DNA from: Octopus vulgaris
Taxonomy: Eukaryota
Assembly: GCA_951406725.2 (NCBI GenBank)
Contig: OX597826.1
Location: 22,444,001 to 22,508,000, forward strand
Length of the DNA: 64,000 nucleotides
Reading direction: 5' to 3'
Made by a program: the position numbers and the translations under genes. How positions within the stretch are numbered: the stretch's first letter is position 1; the number at the start of each line of letters is the position of its first letter. The notes below the pieces were generated by a model, which made no database searches, had not been told where the DNA came from, and saw only the letters and a program-made list of their open reading frames with translations. This document shows positions 11,142 through 25,000 of the stretch, one piece after another.

Positions 11142-14100
11142 CTGAAACACAGAAAAAAAAATTGAAAACATAAAGGCAGTACTCCAACATGGTATTGGCC
11201 ATGAGAGTTGATGCAAATTAAAAGAAACGTAACAAAGAAAATAGAATCAGAAATTCTGCTTTCAATACAGAAGCAATTTTCACCTGGTCCACCTTTTCCT
11301 ATCCATCAATTGGTCCATCCTTCATGAATCATTTATTTCCACCTGAACTGATGAGGAACCTTCACATGGTTGCTGAACTTGCTAGTAATTTCTTCAAATT
11401 TCTCTCAAACAATATTCTTTTCTACTCTAGGCACAAGGCCTGAAGTTTTGGGGGAGGGGCCCAGTTGATTAGATTGACCCCTGTACACAACTGGTACTTA
11501 ATTTATCGACGAGATGGCAGCACCAGGCTCCAATCTGATCTGGCAGAGTTTCTACAGCTGGATGCCCTTCCTAATGCCAACCACTCCAAGAGTTTAGTGG
11601 GTGCTTTTACGTGGCAACGGCCATGCTAAAATGGTGTTTTTTACATACCAACTGCACAGGAACCAGTCCAGCGGCACTGGCAATGACCTCGCTTGAATGT
11701 TGTTTTTCATGTGCCACCGACACAAGTGCCAGTAAGGTGATGCAGGTAACGATCATGCTTGAATGGTGCTTTTTACATGCCACCGGCACGGGAGCCTGTC
11801 AGCAGCCCCGGCAACAATCACGCTCGGATGGTGCTCTTAGTGCTCCATTAGCACGGTTGCCAGTCATAGAATTTGATTTCACTTGCTTCAACATGTCTTC
11901 ACAAGCAGAGTTTAGTGTCCAGTGAAGGAAAGGTATGCATAAGTGGGCTGGTTACACCACTAGCATAGGCTATGGGTTATGGTCTCACTTGACTTGCCGG
12001 GTCTTCTCAAGCACAGCATATTTCCAAAAGTCTCAGTCACTAGTCATTGCCTCGGTGAGGCCTAATGTTCAAAGGTTGTGCTTTACCACCTCATCCCAGA
12101 TCTTCCTGGGTCTACCTCTTCAACAGGTTCCCTCAACCGCTAGGGTGTGACACTTTTTCACACAACTATCCTTATCACATGACCACACCAGTGCAGTCGT
12201 CTCTCTTGCACACCACATCTGATGCTTCTTAGGTACACACTGACATTACACATCCAGCAGAGCATACTGGCTTTGTTCCTTGCAAGTTTACACATGTCCT
12301 CAGCAGTCACGGCCCATGTTTCACTACCATGTAGCATGGCTGCTCGTACACATGCGTCATACAGTCTGCCTTTTACTCTGAGCGAGATACCCTTTGTTAC
12401 CAGCAGAGGTAGGAGCTCTCTGAACTTTGCCCAAGCTATTCTTATTCTAGCAGATACACTTTCAGCACACCCTCCCCCACTACTGACTTAGTCACCTAAG
12501 TAATGGAAGCTGTCAACTACTTCTAGTTTTTCTTCCTGGAATGTGGCGGAAATTGTACTCTGTACATTTCCAGGGTTTATTGCTCCTGAGCATCTGCCAC
12601 ATACAAAAACTATCTTCCCAGTTAGCCTTCCTTTGATATTGCTGCACCTCTTATGTGTCCATAGCTCACACTGGGTACATCTTATAGAGTTTCTACCTGC
12701 ACCTCTTCTACAGATCGAGCAGGGCCATCTACCTGAAGGGATTTGTGGTTTGCCTGCCTTCCTACTTATTAGGACTTTGGTTTTAGCTAGGTTGACTCTA
12801 AGGCCCTTCTATTCTATTCCACACCTGAAACTTCTCTAGTTCTGATAGTGACTCAGCAATTAGAGCAGGGTCATCAGCATAGAGTAATACCATAGGTTAT
12901 AAAATAAATAGGACATATAAACTAAATGATTAATTCTGGTTTTAAAAAAAAAGTCAATTGTACAGCCTAGAAAATTTTAAACAATTTGTGGGGAGGGACA
13001 AGTGGATTAAAGGGCCCACTACATTACGGGTGCTTTATTTTATCAACTCCATAGGGATGAAAGGTAAAGCTAACTTCAGCAGGATTGAACTCAGAATGTA
13101 ATGGCCATAACTCTATGCTGCAAGACATGTTGCCCAATGCTTAGAAACAAGGCCAGCAATTTAAAGGGAAGGGGAAAGTCAATTAAATTAACTCCCGTTA
13201 TTAGTAAAAAACAAAAAACTCTGGGGAATTCATTATTATTTTGACTGACATAGATTGTGAATCAACATGAGAGAAAAAAAAAACAGATGACAGGAATGGG
13301 AAGAAAACCTGAAGTGTTTTATTTGTTTTCATAACGCATGGAACGAAAATATTTATTCAAGTATATATAGCTAATATTCATGTGGGTGAACCTTCAACAT
13401 TTTAGGGCATTGATAGCCTTCAACCCGAAGAAGATCAATCATTTCTAGACACAACACATCTGCTTCAGGACACATAGAAAACAAGGATATTGCTGTCAGA
13501 AAATATGCTTGACAACCAACCAGAGTTTATAAAAACTTGACGCTGGACAACTGCCCAAGTTTGTAATATATGCGTGAGTTTACTGCTACTCCACACTGTA
13601 GTCAACAAATCTTCATTTTCAATTTCTCTACGATTTCTCTACCAATCACCAACATAAATTCAATGCAAACTAAGAACTTCAATGACAAACTGTTTATCCT
13701 TACAGGACAAGCTTTTTACAGAATAAGGATTTAACATCAACACGACTGAAGTAATTTCTCTTTGAACTTTTTTCATAACATCATGGCAGAGAAAAGAGTA
13801 TTTCATGGTCTGACATATGGAAATTATTCTATACAAGAAAAGCAAGCACTTGCTATCATGGTGAACAAATGCAAAGAGGAGTATGATTCTGAATTAGAGC
13901 AAATGAAAGAGAAAACTCATTAGGATGCTAAAAGGAAATGCTATGTCCCAGACACCCCAAAACAGGGATATCTTGCCAAAGCAGTTCGTTCGTTTTACAT
14001 GAATTTGGCTGGTGTCAAAAACTCTGATCAACTATTTGATTCTGCTGTTAAGGTAGCCAAATGCTGCTATGGAAAATATCTGAAAGGCAAACTAGACAGT

Positions 14101-17100
14101 ACTGAAAAAAATCCAAAGAAACATTTCAGTCGCTGGAGGAAGTTGTAAAACAAAAGCACCAAGCATGAGAGACGCCTTGTTTGACTGGTTTGTGGATGTT
14201 AGAACATCACTGCATGCGAGATGACCACAAGTTCTTTTTCCTATTACAGGCTGAGAGATTTTATGAGAAGTGGATTTGCCAACACTCAGACACACCAACC
14301 AAGGAAAAGCTTTGTTTTTCAGAGAGCTGAATGAAAAATTGGCAAAAAGAGTATGGGAAATGCATTTCAATCTTCAAAGAGCAACGTGTTGAGCACATTC
14401 GGGATTATTTGAAGAACATATGGAATGTGAGTTGTTTTCTGACAAATTTGGCGTAGACCTTCCTATTATCAATGGAGATCAAATGCCCTTGCACTGAAAT
14501 GAAAGTAGCAGACAAGCTACCTCATCATTCAGAAATCAAGATGCATTCATCAAAGAAAACTACCATTTGTCTAAGGAACATATCAGTGTTCACCCAAGTT
14601 AGTAATGATAACAAAATCAATCTTATCACAGAGTTTGTATTTAAAGAAACTGGAAAAACACCCCCACTACTGCCAACAATGAAATTTCAAAGGTCTTCTA
14701 AAGGTTCTTATAGATTAGAACAGCTGCTCTGTACTATTGAAAACCTACACAACTGATTCAATGTGTTTTCACATGCAAACTTTGCCATTTATGTGCTCAA
14801 TGATAACATGGTGCATTTGATGCCGGAGGTGAGAGATGCCCTCTGGAAAAGGGGTTATGTGCTAGTCATCATCGGCAGTGGTATCACTGGATTTGTTCAA
14901 GTTCCACAACACACACTTGCACAAACAATTGAAAGCAAACTATTGCGAAATAAAGAAAGCAAAGATGCCAGAAAAGTTAGTTCAAAATCCAAATAAAATA
15001 CCCATGCCCAATTGATCTGAGATGATGCAGATGCTACATCAAGTACATGTAGATTGCAAGATTGATGTCAAAGATGCTTTCAAGTCAACATGGGTTCCAA
15101 ATGCTTTCGATGGCTCTAAAGATTATAAGGTGTTAGACTGAATCATGCACCTTGTCGGTCCATCGATGTGGGAGTTTCATCTAGAGATGATGTCAAAATC
15201 CTGCCCGAATACTATTCAGAGAATCATTAAGAATTCAATTCCACTGAAAGGAGTTAAATGTGCAAACAATATTGAAGGCTCAGAACTATTTGATGGCAAC
15301 AACATTGAAGAAAAAGCTGCCGAAAATGAGTCAGAAGATGTAAATAAGCCATCTGGGAATCTTTTGGAGATGCTTGAAGATGCTTTTTCCCTAATAATGT
15401 TGAAGTTAATATAAAGGTTTTTGTGTGTTTTTAAATGGCTTATAAACACCTTCCATACTGCAATTGTTTTTGTTTCAGCACACAATCTCAGATTAGGTCA
15501 CTTGCTATGCAAGTATCAGGTAATCCCATAAGTTCTGTCTGAATTTTGATTAAAGAAAACAAGTGATCAAATGTTATATTTAATGGAAATTTAATCATCA
15601 ATGTACTTTCCTTGATTACCTATGACTTCCTTCCATCTATTTACAAGCTTTTTAATCCCATCAATGTAGAACTCTTGGTTTCAAAGCAAAGAACTCTGAA
15701 ATGTCAGTTTCGATCTCCTCCTGGCTTGCAAAAGTTATGTCCCCCAAATGATTCTGTAATCTACGAAACAAATGGTAGTCTGAAGGAGCAAGATTGGAAG
15801 AGTAAGGTGGACGAGGAATTTTTTCCCAAACAAGCACTTCGATCTTCTGTGATGTGATCTTTGCAGTGTGGGGTTGCACATTGTCATGATGAAACATCAC
15901 TCCTTTTTGATTCACTAAAGCAGGTCTGTTTTTCTTCAAAGCTTGGTTAAAACGCTCTAATTGCTGATAGTAGACTTGAGCATTAATTGTTGCATTAGGT
16001 GGTAACAATTCAAAGTGAATTACTCTTTTGCAATTCCACCAGATAGAGAGAACCTTTTCTCCATGAAGTTCCTTTCTTGGTTGTGGTTGAGCTTTTTCCC
16101 TTTTACCAAGTCACTGTTTACATAGTTTGACATTTCGATAGAAGATCCATTTTTCATCACCAGTCATAAGTCTATCCAAAAAGGGTGAAATGAGTTCGCA
16201 AGAATGGAGAGAAGAACAGATGTCAACTTGGGATTTGTGGTTGCTTTTGGACAATTCATGACATACTCATTTTCCAAGTTTAGGAATCTTTCCAAGTTGT
16301 TGAAGATGAAGATGAACAGTTGTATGGTTTGAACTAAGCTTTATTGCCAATTCTTTAACTGATAATGCAGGATTTTCTTCAATGGACGTCCTGTTTGACC
16401 TTCATCTCCAAAGCTGAATTTTGCAAACCATCTTCTGCAAGTTCTTTCATTCAAGCATTCTTTCCCATAAATTGAGTGTATGTTTCGAGTCACGTCAGCT
16501 GCAGAGTTTCCTTTTTTGTAATCATAAAGCATTATGTGCCTCATATGCTTCATGTTAGAAAGGGCTTTAATCAAAGAAATTTTAATTCTATTATTCTGTA
16601 AAATAACATTTAATTAGTTTAAATGTACATAAATGCATAAAAATAATTTTTAATTCGATTAGACAATCTAAAATACTATTTCATTCAATTTTAAAAAAGG
16701 TAAAATCGGACAGAACTTATGGGATGACCTGATATATCTCAGTAAATAACTTTTTTTTTTTTAAATCAAGGGAGATAACCTAGAAAATTTTAAAATTTTA
16801 TACTTTTATTATTATACAATTACCGATTTTCCACTCGCCCCTGTTTATTCCAACCCACCTGCGTATATGAATTTAAACAAATGCCCAACCAACCTGCTTA
16901 TTCCACCCACCTGCCATTATTTGGGGCCCGAGAGTATCAGTTTCTAATGAAGCTTCTCATCAGCTGATGAACGCAGAGGAGACTACTCATACATATGGAT
17001 ATCTGATATAATGGGTGATAAATACTGAATGAAAAAATTGCTATACTATGAGGTTACTCATGGAAGGGAAAAATTAAAGAAAAGAATGGAGTGGTTGTTT

Positions 17101-20100
17101 AGCCTACATTAGCTATCAATGGAGCAGACAAATGATCAAAGGCATGTTGCCATCAAAAGCTCTCTGTTGATACCAATAATGATTGTCGATATCTTGCATA
17201 CTACATGTCTCCTCTTTTTAAAAATTATAGAATGTGATGTGAAGGATATTTGGCTGTTGTTTCTGTTGGAGTGAGAAACCACTCAGAGGCAGTGGTAGTG
17301 TGGACAAATTTTATGATACTAGTCATCAGAGATGCCAATTGAGTGAAACAAACAAAGAAAAGATATGCACTTAATCCAACTCACACTCAGAGTTTGAAAT
17401 TGGATGTTGTTGATAATGATGATACAGCATATAACACATCTCAAAGAATTGAGATTTGTTTCACACCATTAACTAATGTATAGTAATCCTCATCAATTTA
17501 TGATAAAGCGATGAACCTCTTTAGTAACTATTAGCAAAGATTCTAGGCCATGCAACGACTGAGGAGAATAAGGTGTTGGATAACAGACCACATGATTGTT
17601 GTGAGTTTCAAACCAATAAAACAATAACCATTGTGGTGTGCCACCTCTAAACAGTGTATGGCAACACAATTCTGCTCATGTCTGCCTGACTGGTGTAAAA
17701 CAACACTGAAGTAGGGGTGGATACATTTAATGCAGGGAATAACAAATTCGAATTAGAAACACCAATGCAACGATGAAATAAGAGCATCAGCTCAGTTACT
17801 AGTATAAATTCATAATTTCAGCAAGTATAAGAGACAACTGCAGACATATTTTGTTTTTATTAAATCTTTTTAGCAAAGCATTCCATAAAATTACATTTCA
17901 GAAAGCATGGTATATCGATGAGTTAATGTTCTCATCACCTTACCACATTAATATTTCTAACAAGATTTTTAATGCAATACATTGTATTCATTAAATATTG
18001 ATTTTCTTGCAGATGGAATCTCTGATTACTTATTCTCTACTTTATGACTGAGTGGTTACAGGTAGAAAGATCATCCATCTGTAAAATCAAAGGAGCCTCT
18101 GTTGGGTCACTTGACCTCTTTAAAAAAGCAAGCAAATCTTCCTACCATCTTAAAAAGGAAAATGGAAGAAACAGCAATGTATAAATTGGTAGGGGTATCA
18201 TAGCTGGAAAGCTTTTGATAAGAGGTCTACTAGATCAGGGTTCACATAAGCTAAACAATAACAAAATTTTACTCAAACAAACAAGGAAAATAGATACTGC
18301 AAAAAGATACATATAAGTAATACTGCAAAAAGTAACAACTAAAACCTCAAGATAAGGCTACAGATTTTTGTCAGAATTTTGTTTCTAGTTTATCTAGGTC
18401 TCTTATAAGTCACCTAATGGTGTATGGATATATGTATGAAAGCAACAGAGAGCAAAACACAAGAGTTATATGATACTTACCACCTCATCTGTTGGAAGGT
18501 CTATTTTGATCTCACCAAGCTGATCACAGGTTTCATTATCATAAATCCTGATTCGAGTGTTCAAATTGCAAGAGAAGCAGTCATTCTGGTCTTGTGTTAG
18601 AATGGCAAAAGTATCCAACTCAGAGTCATAGATAACATCATTCACTGTACTTTGCTGTAAGGGAGAGGAAAAATTAACCGTTTGAATGACAGAAAGAATG
18701 GATGGCTGAATAAGTAAATAACCAAACAACAAATGAATGAATAAATGAGACGAGACTAACAAAGTAAGTAACAATCTACTAGAAATAACAGTCAGTTTTC
18801 CCCTCAAAATACTACTGTCTTAAAAAGAAGAAATAACATATCAGATAAAGTAGTGTGAGATAGTCTGATTAAAATACAAATAGTCAGAGGTAGAATGGTT
18901 TTCATCACATGGCTGCTAGATTGGTGCTGAGCTAGACTTAAACAATTGCTACTAGAGCACTTTCAATCCTGAACAGTTGTTAACACTAAGTGGAGCACAA
19001 ACATCCGCACAACACATGACCATTTCAGCCAATAACAGACTTCTGTATGGTCACTTAACCTGCTAGAAGACCAGAAGAATCTTCCTCTATTCTCATATGG
19101 CATGAAGAAAATTACATGACTGACATGAAGAAAATTACATTATCATACTTCTTGTACTAAGCAATACAATTCCTCATATTTTTTCTCTGTGAGTAAAATT
19201 GGATAGACAGAAACTGTTCAGAAACCCATTGTATGATATATATATATATGAACAATTGAGTTACCTTTTCATCAAAAGCTAATTTAGCCATTTAATAAAA
19301 AGTTGTTGATAAAGTAAGTACCATACTGAAACCATTCGGAGCTGTGCTTCAGTATGGCAGTCCAGTTACTGAAATCAGATAAAGAATGTACCATTAAACA
19401 GACTCATTTATTTCTACAATAATTTCAATCGTGGATCATTGACCCTAAATAGAGCACAAGTGTACCCCACCATGGCTGCTTCTCTGATATCTAGCTGTCA
19501 ACTTTTACTATAGAATTGTAATTACGATGACATGTAAATGAAAAATTTGTCAAAGGTATGGATTACTTACATAACAAGTGGCTCTGGAATTAAAGGCACT
19601 TCGAACATGTCTTCCTGATCTTGTGACATTGTTTAACATCTGTAAAAATATATTATAGTGGAAATGATAGATATTTACATTATTCTATATGATAGGTCAA
19701 CACATTGTCACACCTCACAAAACACAAACACACATAAGCTCAACTGCTAGAAGCAGCAACTAAATCTTTCAAATCACACCCCAAATCAAACGTACTGGAT
19801 AAACTAGTCCTACACACACTGTCTGGATAAAAGACAGGATAATAACAGCTTAAACATAGGCATGATCATAGGTCTACTAAATTAGAGTTGACCTGAGGTT
19901 GACTAACAACATATATGGATGCAAACTCAACTACACACACACTCATCTCAAACACAATTCTTTACCTTCATTAACATTCTTTGCTCAAGTTCTAAAACCA
20001 AAATATTATTTTGAGTAAATAGATTTCTAGTTCAGATTATGGCCCACTAAATGAGGATTACATGGATTACATGCTTATAGATTATGAATTAAGATCTGCT

Positions 20101-21990
20101 GCTACTAGTAAGTAGTCATTGTGTTTCTGGGTCAGAAAATTATATTCTACATTGCTTCAGCTCAACTTAGCTTTCTGGAATAGTATCAGATCCCTGGGGT
20201 AAAGCCACCCATGTTACATTAATTTTCAGCTGAAGGGCGCCACCTAAAATGTTAGACTTTAGGGACATATATTCTGGGTGCAAATGGCAAATTCATTTTC
20301 AGTATTAACCTTACTCATAATGGAAAACTTTTGTTATACCCCTGCTTGAAATTTGGCGCCAGGTGTCCTGAAAAAACAATGCACACCTCACAGAGCATTG
20401 TATAATAATATGGTACTGGGTATATTGTAGGATAATGGGAGAATGGCAAAAAATTAATGGCAAAGGATGTGCAACAGCTTTGACAGCATGGTTGCATGTT
20501 CGTTTTTGTAGCGAAAAGTAATTTTTTTTACAATAATTTTTTTCTTACATCATCATATAACTTTGATCTTAATTTGTTTTCAAAACTAATAATAAAGTGG
20601 TTCACTGTATGATGATGCTATCAAACACTTTACATCTCAAAGAAGAAGAATAGAACTTACATATAAGTAATTTGAATAAGTAAAATTATATGGTTTCTTA
20701 TTTTTCAGTGTGTGCACATAAGAAAATTATGGCTTATTTTCGAATGCTTACAATTTATAGGGTATTATTAATTCAGTTTACTTTAGTGCCATATATCTAT
20801 ATCTCAATTGAATTTAGTTTACATTATTTACATTTTGGATCCCGTATTTTAAATAGAAATACACAGTTTGTATGCTTAATTAGAGTAATACTAATGTTAG
20901 TCATAGTATGGTTAGTGTCACAGCACACCCAATGACAACAACCACCATACACTATTGTTAGACTTCTTTTCCTTATGACAAAAAATTTCTACTTTATGTG
21001 CATACTATTTACTGACACAAACATTCAAAAGTTACCAAGATGCAGCAGACCTGTGATAAAATCCATTTTAGCTGTGACATCCCATCTTTTAATCAGACAT
21101 ATTTTTTTTTTTTTTTTGTACTTGTTTCAGTCATTTGACTGCGGCCATGCTGGAGCACCGCCTTTAGAGTGGTGAAAGAGTACAGCAGGGATCACCACCT
21201 CCTGCCGGAGCCTCGTGGAGCTTTTTTAGGTGTTTTTTTCGCTCAATGAACACACACAACGCCCGGTCTGGGAATCGAAACCGCGATCCTCCGACCACAA
21301 GTCCGCTGCCCTAACCACTAGGCCATTGCGCCTCCACAACATTATCCATATCTCACACAACATTATCCAGTTCATATGTTTTACTTCTTATGACAGTACA
21401 AGTTGGTTTATCAGTCTTATGATAAGATTTAGACTTCATACCATGAAATGATATGAAGTATAAATGAAAGTTGGGATAGTTGATCATAGATAGTCATGTC
21501 TTACTTGTCTAGCTAACTGCACTGCTATACTGGAGTGGACATAATAACAGTCCAAAGTTGAATTACAAACTCATGAGGATTAAGCAAACTCACAAAAGAT
21601 TTCTGTGCAAATTTTATGGTATACAAAAGCGTAAAATTATGGAAGATTTGTTGGTGGGTTTGCTTGAGTTGCAAAAACAGCAACAACAGTAGCAACAACA
21701 GCAGCAACAACAACAATAACAGTTACTATTGCAAGAAAAACAACAATTACTATTACAGTAACAACTGCAAGAACAATAACAATTACTATTACATCAACAA
21801 ATGTTGCTATTACTGAACAGTAATAAAGGCGTAGGAGTGTCTGTGTGGTAAGTAGCTTGCTTACCAACCACATGGTTCCAGGTTCAGTTCCACTGCATGG
21901 CACCTTAGGTAAGTGTCTTCTACTATAGCCTCGGGCTGACCAAAGCCTTGTGAGTAGATTTGGTAGATGGAAGCTGAAAGAAGCCCGTCG

Positions 21991-22047
<57 letters not shown>

Positions 22048-25000
22048 TTGTCCCCACAACATCGCTTGATAACCGATGCTGGTGTATTTACATACCCGTA
22101 ACTTAGCGGTTCGGCAAAAGAGACCAATAGAATAAGTACTAGGCTTACAAAGAATAAGTCCTGGGGTCGATTTGCTTGACTAAAGGCGGTGCTCCAGCAT
22201 GGCCACAGTCAAATAACCGAAACAAGTAAAACAGTAAAGAGAGTAAGTCATCCAAAAATGCTGTAAAGATGTTCTTGCCAGATTATGCTGCAAACTCAGT
22301 AATGGAGTTTAAGTATGAACTTGACAAAGGAGTTACCTTTGAGGCATACTATACAAGATACGAAGAGATCTTCAATAAAGAGTGCAAAGATTAGGATGAC
22401 AATATGAAAATGTGTCTAATCCTAAGGAAACTGGCAGCAGGAGGACATGAGCATTCCAGCAATTATGTGCCCCTGAAAAACCTGACATAAATTTTAGAAA
22501 AACTAGACATATTATGTAAAATTTTAAGCGAGAAAAGCTTGTTGTTCAATATATACTGGAAATGTTTGAACCTAAAAAAGAACAATGAGGAGGAATATAT
22601 CACATATGCTGACAGAGTTAACAGAAAATGTGAAAAGTTCAAACTGGATGAATTAATGCCAGATATGGTTCAAGTGCCTGATATTTACTCAGGGACTAAC
22701 TGCAGAAAAAGACACAGAAGTAAGAAGAAGAATTCTCATTGAGCTGGAAGAAAACCAAGCTGTAACCTTATAACAAGTATCAGAAGAGTGAGAAAGAATA
22801 ATAAATTTAAGACATGATACAGAGAAAATTGCTGCCAAGTGAAACAAGTGCGAAATAGGCAGAATAGAAATCAACTGTGTACTAAAATACAGTATAAACA
22901 GGACAAAAATCAGAAAACAAATCCATATTTTGCATGTGGAGGTCAACATCTGAGAAAAAACTGTCCATTTAAGAAGGTGGAATGCTTCTTTTGTGGAGAA
23001 ACTGGACATGTAAAAGCACACTGTAAAACCAAGATGATAAAATGTTAAAACAAAGAAAAAAATAAACAAGATGCCATTGAAAAAAATGGTAATGTGATAA
23101 AGAAGACATTCGTAAATGTGAAAATTGAAAATATAAGATTAAAAATGCTGTTAGACACTGGAAGTGATATCATCATTGTGAATGAAGAAACTTGGAAGTA
23201 TATGTGTAAGCCAAAATTAAGTAAATTTACAAAAGTAGCACATAGGTAAAAGATTGTATTTTGTAGGTGAATTTCTGTGTAATGTGACATTTCGTGACCA
23301 AATGAAAACACCAAAAGTATGTGTTAAAAAATTCAGTTTATCTATTTGGCACAGAGTGGATGGAAATGTTCAAATTGAGGAAAACACCCATAAGTGTGAG
23401 AATATAATCGGTTGAATCAAAGGTCTGAATGCAGCTGAGGGATTGAAATGAAAAATAAGACATTTATTTCCAGATGTTTTCTCAGAGAAACTGGGCTGCT
23501 GCACAAAATTTAAGGCAAAAACTGAATAAAAAAGTGCAACACCTGTATTTAAGCCAAAATGTAATGTATCATTCGCAGCATTAGAACAGGTAAATAAGGA
23601 GCTTGAAAGACTTGAAAGGCATAGGAATTATTGAGAAGACAGACCAATCAGATTGGGCAGCGGCTATGGTCTACGTAAAAAAGAATAATAAGAATTTGTG
23701 CAGATTTTTCAATGGAGTTGAATGATTGTTCAATCTCACATAACCAGCCATTGCCAAGTCCTGAGGAAGTGTTTGCAAAATTGAATGGAGGGAAATTTTT
23801 CTCAAAATTAGACCTCTCGGAGGCATATTTACAAATCCAAGTTCTACTTGGAGTAAAGAGAGTAAGTCTCTTGCTCACACTTATTAGCCATTAATATATA
23901 CCATGGCTTATTTAGATTTAAGCAGCTTCCCTTTAGTGTAAAAGTAGTCCCTTCCAGATTTCAACAAGTAATGGATACAATGCTGGTGGACAGTGATTTA
24001 GCTATCACCTATCAACACAAAATACTAATAAAAAGTGAATCACATGTAGAACATGTAAAAAGGGTATTTGAAAAGATAAGAGAATAAGTTAAGTGAAGAA
24101 AATGCTTGTTCTTTCTGAGAAAAATTAACTACTTGAGTCAGATAGTAGATAAAAATGGATGGAAACTGAATCAATCCAGAACAACTGCAATAAAAAATAT
24201 GCTCATGCCAAATAATGTGACTATGCTACAAGCATTCTTGAGATTAGTAAATTACTACCAAATTTATATTCCCAATATACACTATGCAAGGGCCCTGCTC
24301 AATGATCTGTTAAAGAAAAATGCAAAATAGTGCTGGACTTATAAGTGCCAGAAAGCATTTGATGAATTAAAAATCCTTTTAATATCAAACTTGATCATTA
24401 ATGCATTTTGATCCAAAGCTGGATATTATATTGGCTACAGAAGCAAGTGATTATGGTGTAGGAGTTGTGCTTCTGCACAAATATGTTAATGGGAGTAAAA
24501 AGGCTATAATGCATCAGATCATTATTACCAGCAGAAAGGAACTAGAGCCAAATAGAAAAGGAAGAATTAGCAATTATATTTAGTATGAAAAAATTCCAGA
24601 GATTTATTCATGGAAGAAGTTTCTATCTACAAACAGATCATCGCCCACTACTGTCAATATATGGTCCTAAAAAAGGAATACCAACACACATAGTGAAAAA
24701 GGACAAATCATAACAGAAATGAAAATCATAACAGGAAAAGTAAATAGGAACAGGATTGGCATGAAACAAAACCAAAATATGAGCCTATACTCAATTTGTG
24801 ATGGCTTACTGGTGTATACACAGAGAGTAGTAATACCTGAAAACTTTAATGCATAGCTACATGTACTGGTCAAAAATGGATAGAGAAATCAAAAATTTAG
24901 TGAAAGGCTACAGAGAATGTGTACTAGCGACAATAAAAAGTGAACCTTGGCCAAAAGTAGATGTTCCGTAGTTGAAACTACACATCAATTTCGCTGGTCC

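Noticed and set aside
21265-21337. tRNA-like sequence with A and B boxes (also at 21828)
   Set aside because: Continues into a SINE body and tail; no complete cloverleaf or terminator, so it is a SINE head.
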